A stretch of DNA of 64,000 bases from Octopus vulgaris (Eukaryota). A program made the position numbers and the translations under genes. The stretch's first letter is position 1. Every line of letters begins with the position of its first letter. Shown here in pieces: positions 55,388 through 64,000 of this stretch. A model generated the notes under the pieces. The model did no database searches. It was not told the origin of the DNA and saw only the letters and a program-made list of their open reading frames with translations. Location of the stretch: contig OX597840.1 in assembly GCA_951406725.2 (NCBI GenBank), positions 37,634,001 through 37,698,000 on the forward strand, given 5' to 3'.

Positions 55388-55685
55388 GTACCCAAGTATA
55401 ATTACTCGCATCTGATTTAAAATAAAAATATCCAGTGATAATAAGTCAAGTTGCTCCAGGAATATTAAAAATAGGTAATGTAAGTTATCAGTATATAATA
55501 TTTTTCAAACCGTATCCAAGAATAAATACTCACGTCGGATTTAAATGTGAAATATTAAGTTTTAATATGGTTAGTTGTTCCGAAAATATCCAAAATATGT
55601 ATTGGAAGTTTATCAAGATATAACAATTTCTAATTCCTATCCAAGTAGAAATAGTCACATCGGATTTAAAGATGAAATATCGAGT
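55388..55685 (+). repeat. Diverged ~124-bp tandem repeat, ~2.4 units
   Basis: (c/t)ccaag..a.tactc.c.tc.gatttaaa...aaatat at 55391, 55515 and 55640. Confidence 0.7.
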
Positions 55686-57214
55686 GTACACTAGCTAGTT
55701 TTATTAGGTCCATTCTACAGACAATTATTTCAGTAACTTATGTCGATATCTCTAACCTATAACACAGGAATTTTGAACTTCAAAATTTATAAAGTTTATC
55801 GTATGAATTGAAAGATATCCTACAGTGTATGTTGCTTAAAGGACCGAATGATTGAACGGCTTATATCAATGTAATAAGAGTTTTCAGTGGTCGGGCGTCC
55901 GCATAAAACCATTTCGTTATTTAGAAACCCGTTTCTTGTTCTTCTGAAAATTATATAAGTTGTGTATAACATCGAATTTTAAGTTTTACATGATTGTAAT
56001 TCCAGTTCTTCGCGGGGGCCCCGTGCGACCACGTGGGTTGCAGGGATTTAACGCCAGCCCTTCTGTAAACAAATTTAGGGCTTAGGGTTACAGTTAGGGT
56101 TAGTATTTAACGAGTATGCTGTTATTGTGAATATTTACCAAAGTCTTATCAAGTCACAATTATGTTTATCAGCAAACAACCTTTGTGTGAAAATGTTACT
56201 GTGAATGCCCGTGCAACAGGACCGTACAGAGAAATTTTGTTTCAGAAAAGTACTTCTTACATATTTTGCTGTCAATTCAGTAGATTAATTTCAACAAAAT
56301 ACTACAAGTTTAGTCACTGGCTCAGCATCTATGTTTGAGTTCTTCATTCCAAAATTTAAACTGTAGTTGAAACACTCCTGTCACAACCTGGGACCTTAAA
56401 GAATGCTACAGGTCAAAAAACTATACTAGTCCCTTAATATCTTATACTCAGTATTTCATCTATTCAATAAGATAATCAATACTTCATTTCATTTTACTAT
56501 ATATATATATTATTTATACTATATATTCTATATTCTATTATAAAGAATATAAATAAAACATAAAAAACAGAGTTGGAATTTCTTTGAATAATATACACAC
56601 ACACACATATATATGTATATATATTTATACATATAATTCTCGAGTCACTGTTTTTTGGCGATTGCTGTCCCTGTGAGAACATATGTTTATAATCATATGC
56701 TTTAACTACAGCATAAGTGTACTTTAGCTCTTATTTCTAGCAGTATATGTGTCTTGAAGCCTTTAGTCGAATTCAGTGACAATTTTATTTTACCTTTATA
56801 GTGACACATTGAATATGGCTATATATATATATATATACATATAAATATATATATAATTTTCGTTGAGATATGTTTACATTACAAATTAACTACCTGTAGC
56901 ATGGAGGAAATTATTCTCTATTTTGGTAAAAAGAGTAAACACGCCACATCTGCGTAGTATCGGCCCCTATCCTAGATATGTTTCTGGTTCCGTAGGTTTC
57001 CATTGTAGGAGACGCTGAACAGAAATCTTTTCTCCACGGTAACTGCAGTGGATTTCAATTTATATATGGTTAAAATATATCACAAGCATATTTTAACTTA
57101 CCTAAATTTCGTTTATTAATCACCACTGCTCAGCGTTCACACCATTTCCTCGCCCTGTTCATTCTTACTGTCTATCACTCTCATCCTATCTTCCTCTCTC
57201 TCTATTTGTACATG

Positions 57215-57302
<88 letters not shown>

Positions 57303-57694
57303 GAGAGAGAGACATATATACATGTGTGTGATTATGTGTGTATGTATATCTCATATGTCATAAAACGTGCACAGTTGTGATCAATTTATCAAATTGTACC
57401 TCGATTATTACAAAAAAAAGTCCTGTCAACTGTCGAATGTACACGTTTATCGTGTGAACATGAAGAGTTGGTTGAAAGTGAGACTATTATAGCATGCAGT
57501 CAGACTAATTAGCGGGGAATATTTCCTGCACGAAACCAACAGTTGCTTAATTAATTTTTCCATCTACACATGTTACTTCCGTCTTCTTAGTTACATCTCT
57601 CTGCTTCGATATGTACCCTTTAATTGCTTTGTGCACGCATCTATGTACACTTGTGTCTGTATCTCTCTTTCTCTCTCCCACCATCGTCTGTCTG

Positions 57695-57818
<124 letters not shown>

Positions 57819-57852
57819 TATATATATATCTATCTGTCTGTCTGTCTGTATG

Positions 57853-57883
<31 letters not shown>

Positions 57884-57926
57884 ATCTATCTGTCTGTCTG
57901 TATGTCTATATATCTATCTATCTATA

Positions 57927-58009
<83 letters not shown>

Positions 58010-58094
58010 ATATATATATATATACATACATATATACATACATACATACACTTGTGTATGTAAGCGTGTGTCTGCATGTCCTTGGGTTTGCATG

Positions 58095-58135
<41 letters not shown>

Positions 58136-58779
58136 TTATAAATATGTGTGTGTGTAAATGTGTGTGTAATTGTTTTAACATGATCCTGAAAATGAGAACG
58201 CACAAGGCATTCATTGCGGGATTTCGTGTTTTAAGTGTTTTGGCATACTCTCATCTCACCACCTGTAGCCACACATCCGTATATTTCCCACTTCACATAT
58301 GTGTAAATATATACATATACATAAATTTATATTTATAAATAAATAAATAAATAAATAAATATATAGTAAAAATGCTAGTTCTCAAATTTCTCTAATAGAC
58401 CAACGCAGTAGTTGTACTCACAAGTAATGTTCTTAACCGCTTCATCATGGCCATCTGTTCGAACGGATTTTACTGTGATTCTCAATCCCAAGAGGATATC
58501 TCCTTTATCTGGTTAACGATGCTCAACAGCAACTGATATATATATATATATATATATATATAATCAAAATAAGCAACAAGGATATGAAGAGGTAATGCAG
58601 TACGATCACCCCATTTTGAATTATATGGATAATACCATACCAAATTCTGGTGCCTTTAACTTAAGTACCATATTCAACTGAATCTAAATTTTTACTGAAC
58701 GTATATATATATATCAGCGGTGGTGCCCCAGCATGGCCGCGGCCTTCGGGCCGACACATTTTAAAGGATTTTAAGGATT

Positions 58780-59072
<293 letters not shown>

Positions 59073-59096
59073 TATATATATATGCATGTATGTGTG

Positions 59097-59168
<72 letters not shown>

Positions 59169-59734
59169 CGTATAAACATTTATATAACTAGTCAAAAGCA
59201 CTTTTAGACATACAAATGCTATATCATTCAGTTTATAGTTTATTCCTGTTCCATACAGAATTGTCTTTATAAAGTGTCACGTAGTCGTGTCAGCTGGTTG
59301 TATCAGGTAGTTGTGACATGCGCATTGAAAGAGAGAACGGATGACATAAAATGAGAAAACTGCGAGCTCAAACTATTTTTGCCCTCTTTAACCAAAAAAA
59401 AAAGCATTCTTTGACGAGTAATTGTTTCAGTTTTTGTTGAATGTCAGAAAGAATCGCTTCACAACGAATACTTTATCTTTTCAACAGATTAAATTTATTG
59501 GTTATTTGTTGGTTTTATGCCTTTGTCCTTCCATAATTATTTTTATAGTGATTTTTGATTGACAGTTATTCTCCCACCATATGTTGATTCAAAAGCGATT
59601 CACCCTTTACGCGCAAAGACAAAAAGATTATGCTAAGGTTAATAAAACTGCAGTTCATGGATGTAAATGTTCATTTTTCTATATTGCATTCAATATATAT
59701 TATATATATATGTATATATATATATATATATATA

Positions 59735-59935
59735 TCTGTAATATAATATGTGACAATTATTTGTTTGCCATAATAAAACTCCGAGTTTCAGATGTTGGAG
59801 CTGAAACCTGCTCCGTCATCTCGTCAGTTATCAAGGCCAAAAAATAGTCTTGGTAACTGACGAGATGCCGGAGCATCCAAAACTCGGAGTTTTATTGTCG
59901 CAACCGAATAATTGTCGCATATTATATTACAGATA
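59735..59935. mobile_element. HHR-cassette family 6 fold-back with a hammerhead-like motif in each arm
   Basis: Arms ~59735-59835 / ~59848-59935. Minus: ataa CTGACGA gatg..catct GAAA ctcggag TT ttat. Plus: gtaa CTGACGA gatgc cgga gcatc cAAAA ctcggag TT ttat. Confidence 0.8.
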
Positions 59936-60358
59936 AATTCCTCTATATATATAATATCGAGGTCTCATTCATTCTGTTGTTGTCATGCCTTTACTATTAA
60001 TACATATATATACATATATATATATATATTATTTCTAAATCTCTGTACGAGAGACATTCCGACAGTGGCTGCCACAATATGTTGGCAAATAATTTTTAGA
60101 GTGATGCACCAGACTGGGACCCAACCTAAATAGTGACGAGGCAAACTTTCAATCCACGCTGCCTTTGGTAATGTTTGTTTTGAAACCGGTACCTCTTTTG
60201 AGCAGCTACTATACTTCATTCACTGCGGTTGTGCGTTCAAGCTTACCCATGTAAAAGTATATGTATATAAGGAAGTGATAATGAAACATTTTCAAATTTG
60301 CCAAGGACTTTTCAACGTAGACATCCGGAAGCAGAATAATATCAATGACATATTATAA

Positions 60359-60572
60359 GGTGGCGAGCTGGCGAAATAATTAGCAGGCCGGGTAAAATGC
60401 GTAGCACTACTTTGTCCGCCTTTACGTTCTGAGTACAAATATTGCTAAGGTGGACTTAGCCATTCATCATCATGCAATCGATAAAATAAGTACCAGCTGA
60501 ACTCAAGGGGTTGATGCAATCAACTTCCTCGTCCATCGAAACTGTGGATCTCGTGTCACAATTTGAAACAAA
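60359..60572 (+). mobile_element. SINE family B (diverged)
   Basis: ggtggcgagctggcgaaa...acgttctgagtacaaat...tcgataaaataagtaccag. Confidence 0.8.
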
Positions 60573-60938
60573 TATTATTTTCTACTCTAGGCACAAGGCC
60601 CGCAACTTAAACTCAATATGGCAAAGTACTACAAAATTTAATGAATATTAATTTGTCATCCAGACATATTGTCACTTCTTTCAAGAGGACGTTGAAATCT
60701 TCATTATAATCAGACATGGCTGGGAAAACCTTTGTTGAATTCCCAAGATTAATATGAAAAACTCAACACCTGCTTCAGCACTTCTTCTTCTTTTTCTTCT
60801 TCTTCTTCTTCTTCTTCTTCTTCTTCTTCTTCTTCTTCTTCTTCTTCTTCTTCTTCTTCTTCTTCTTCTTGTTTTTCGCTTTAATTTTATTTTTGCAATA
60901 TTTCCTTCATTTCTCTTAATTGTTTTCTCTATATTACT

Positions 60939-60972
<34 letters not shown>

Positions 60973-61049
60973 ACTCCGGTTTCCATTGACCTTTTCCCTA
61001 CTTTCCCTTTCCTACAACCTCCTCTCCTCTTTGTACAGATGTACACACA

Positions 61050-61126
<77 letters not shown>

Positions 61127-61477
61127 GTAAGGCCAAAACAAGGCGAAATAAATGCAAGGTAAATCGAAAGAAAACAAATAATTAAATTAATGTAGACCTA
61201 CCTTATATTCAATATTTCGTTTATTATGATTTACTTTGCATTTACTTTGCATCATTTTGGCCTCAACAAAGATCCTTTATACAATATATATATATATATA
61301 TAATAAATATTAGGGAATAAATCCAAATTTACAGGGAAAAATCAGATTTAAGATTAAATCCAATTTTATAGTAAAATATTATATAATATTAATTAGAGAC
61401 AAAACCACTATTTTGCAAAACAAACAAGGAAAGACTTAATCAATACATAAAATTTTAATAAAAAGTAAAAAAAACCG

Positions 61478-61520
61478 CCACTACAATTGTTTCTTGTCCT
61501 GATCGACAATCTTCAGGTGG
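61478..61520 (-). ncRNA. Type I minimal hammerhead ribozyme (family 2, cassette 61300-61548)
   Basis: Minus strand: ccac CTGAAGA ttgtc gatcag gacaa GAAA caattg TA gtgg. Confidence 0.85.
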
Positions 61521-61549
61521 ACTTCCAATTTACAAGTCAGTTTCAATTT

Positions 61550-61602
61550 GAGCTTCCTGAAGATTTCTCTTGAATGAAACAGTTCTAGTCCTGTAGAAGC
61601 TC
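61550..61602 (+). ncRNA. Type I hammerhead ribozyme (family 7)
   Basis: gagcttc CTGAAGA t ttc tctt gaa t GAAA cag ttctagtc ctg TA gaagctc: 7-bp stem I, 3-bp stem III, GUA triplet; U-U at the base of stem II. Confidence 0.75.
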
Positions 61603-62597
61603 CTTCTATATAATAAATAAATAAATATATATATATATATATGTGTGTGTATTGTGTTGTATTTGTGGTGCAGTGGTAGAATGCTTTTTTCAATTCCCAG
61701 CCGATGCACAGTAGTAAAATCATGAAACCGGTGCCCCAGCATGGCCGCAGTCAAATGACTGATACAAGCAAAATGTAAAAGCCAACATACACATGCATGC
61801 ACATTTATGCATGCATGTCTGTATGTGCATATGTGTATGTGTATATACGTATACACATACACATATACACATATTTGTATATGTGTATATACACATATTT
61901 GTATACACATATGTGTATATGTGTATGTATACATGTATGTATTTATAAGTAAAAACCTTGGAATCACGAGCCTTCATACGTAACACAATGAAAATATTTA
62001 AAATTGCAATTATATGCTGATAAATATTATTATAATTATTAGAGTTTTCCTCGGTAAGCATATAATCTGCAAAGTCTTTTGTAAAATTAACGTATTTTGA
62101 CAACATAACAAACCAAATGAAAACCTAATTAAGCACTTGTAATAGTACAGTTTATCTGTAGAAGCAGTGGAAGAAGAAAGCAGTTGAAATGAATAATAGT
62201 AATAAAAAAGAAAAATAAATAGATTTTAACATAAAATCTGCTGAGTGGAAAGCTGTCAGAAATAAACAACTTAGATTTTAAAATGTATAATAGAAGAATA
62301 TAATAGAAGAATTAAATGGAAATTAAGTAAAGCAATAATGAAAAGAAAAAAACGATAAACACACACACACACATATATATGTATATATACACGCAGTCAG
62401 GCATATATTAGCTGGAATGCATGTTGATGCAATCCAAGAGTGAAGTATAATGAACACACAGAACAAAAAAAAAAAAACGTACACAAAGACGCAATCAAAA
62501 ACATTACATGCGCATTCAACTATACAGATATAAATACGTACTTACTGAGATAGAAAGATAGATAGGGAGATAGGGTATATATATATATATACAATAA

Positions 62598-62791
<194 letters not shown>

Positions 62792-63325
62792 CGCTCTCTG
62801 AAATAAAGATTCGCAATGCATATATCTGTATAAATATTCCTGTATCACACTCCCACTAATTCTGTGTGTGTGTGTGTATTCTAATTTATGAATGTATATG
62901 AATAAATGTAGATAAATAGAGAGAGATAGATAGAGAGAGAGAGAGGTAAAGAATAAGAGAGAGGAAGGAAGAGAAATTGGAAATGGTGTACAGCAAGTAA
63001 TTTAGCTGGAGCTAACAGTGTCGTTAATCAGCGTAATTAATTAAATAACGCTAAGTGTTGTATATCTTATGTAGATCACATGATGCAGGATCTCCAGAGG
63101 CAGGAATTTCACGAAGTGATTTTGGTTTTTAATTTTAGATATAAGAATGAATGAATTAAGATTAAAAAATAACAAGAAAGAAAAAAACTGGGAAAGCATT
63201 TTGCTGCTTGCCTTGTAAATAAATACACGCACGCGTAAACATACATGCATGCATAAATGCAAACACGAATACACAGACACGTACCCAGATATATACATGA
63301 CCATATATATATATAAATATATATA

Positions 63326-63498
63326 TCATCATCATCATCGTCGTCGTCGTCGTCGCTTAATGTCCGCTTTCCATGCTAGCAAGGGTTGGACGATTTGACT
63401 GAGTGCTGGCGAACCAGATGGCTGCACCAGGCTCCAATCTTGATCTGGCAGAGTTCCTACAGCTGGATGCCCTTCCTAACGCCAGCCACTCCAAGAGG
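63326..63498 (-). mobile_element. RTE-type LINE/SINE 3' tail ending in (GAC)n(GAT)n
   Basis: Minus strand ggcgttaggaagggcatccagctgtagg...ccaacccttgctagcatggaaagcggacattaag, followed by gac/gat triplets. Confidence 0.65.
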
Positions 63499-63508
63499 GT
63501 ATATATAC

Positions 63509-63574
<66 letters not shown>

Positions 63575-63824
63575 TTATTAAATTTAAATCTCTGAACGAG
63601 AAAAATTCAATAACAGTACTCAGTAAAGATTATTTGCCAACATAACGTGGCAGTCCTGGTTATTTTAGCACCATGATGATGCTTCCTAGGGCTAAATAAC
63701 AGAGTCACTTTTGGGCCTACGCACAAGCACACATACATGAGAGCGAGGGCTCATCTTCGGTTCTGAAGGCCCATCTAAAATGTTCCCGTTGTCCCAGGCA
63801 CAAGTCCGGGTAAGGTTGTTTGTG

Positions 63825-64000
63825 GAAGCCCAGCAGTCGCCTATGCATACCAGGTTCCACTCTCCGCGCCACCGGTGTTATCCAAGGGAAACGCAAAGGG
63901 GCCGATACAGCTTGGCACCAGTGACATCGCAACGCATCTCTAAAATTGAGTGAACTGGAGCAACGTGAAATAAAGTGTCTTTTTCTCAAGGACTGAACAC
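63825..64000 (-). mobile_element. SINE related to family C (different 3' part), running off the window end
   Basis: tgagtgaactggagcaacgtgaaataaagtgtct is shared with 45283-45315. Confidence 0.7.

Overview
This is eukaryotic, AT-rich, gene-poor DNA and not prokaryotic sequence. It is most likely intronic or intergenic sequence from a coleoid cephalopod (Octopus); that is inferred from the very high (TA)n/(CA)n/(TAGA)n/(GAA)n microsatellite load and the tRNA-derived SINE families. Almost all ORFs in the supplied track are microsatellite artefacts, and I found no supportable host protein-coding exon. Recognisable content: three SINE families; a dead mariner transposase and two 141-bp mariner-type MITEs; a hAT-Charlie MITE with an 8-bp TSD; a Helitron PIF1-helicase remnant; two R4/Dong-type (RLE) non-LTR remnants; the 3' end of a CR1/L2-type LINE that shares its tail with one SINE; and a purine-rich minisatellite. 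The most interesting signal is a set of about seven short non-coding element families that abut (TA)n tracts with their 3' ends. Each carries a minimal type-I hammerhead ribozyme (HHR) motif. Several occur as head-to-head fold-backs, one as a junction of two different families. The core variants include a reciprocal G3-C8 swap and a recurrent U4->C change. These are probably non-autonomous Penelope-like (PLE) pseudo-LTR/retrozyme-type elements. All structures were read by eye, and boundaries of degenerate repeats are approximate (about +/-10 bp).
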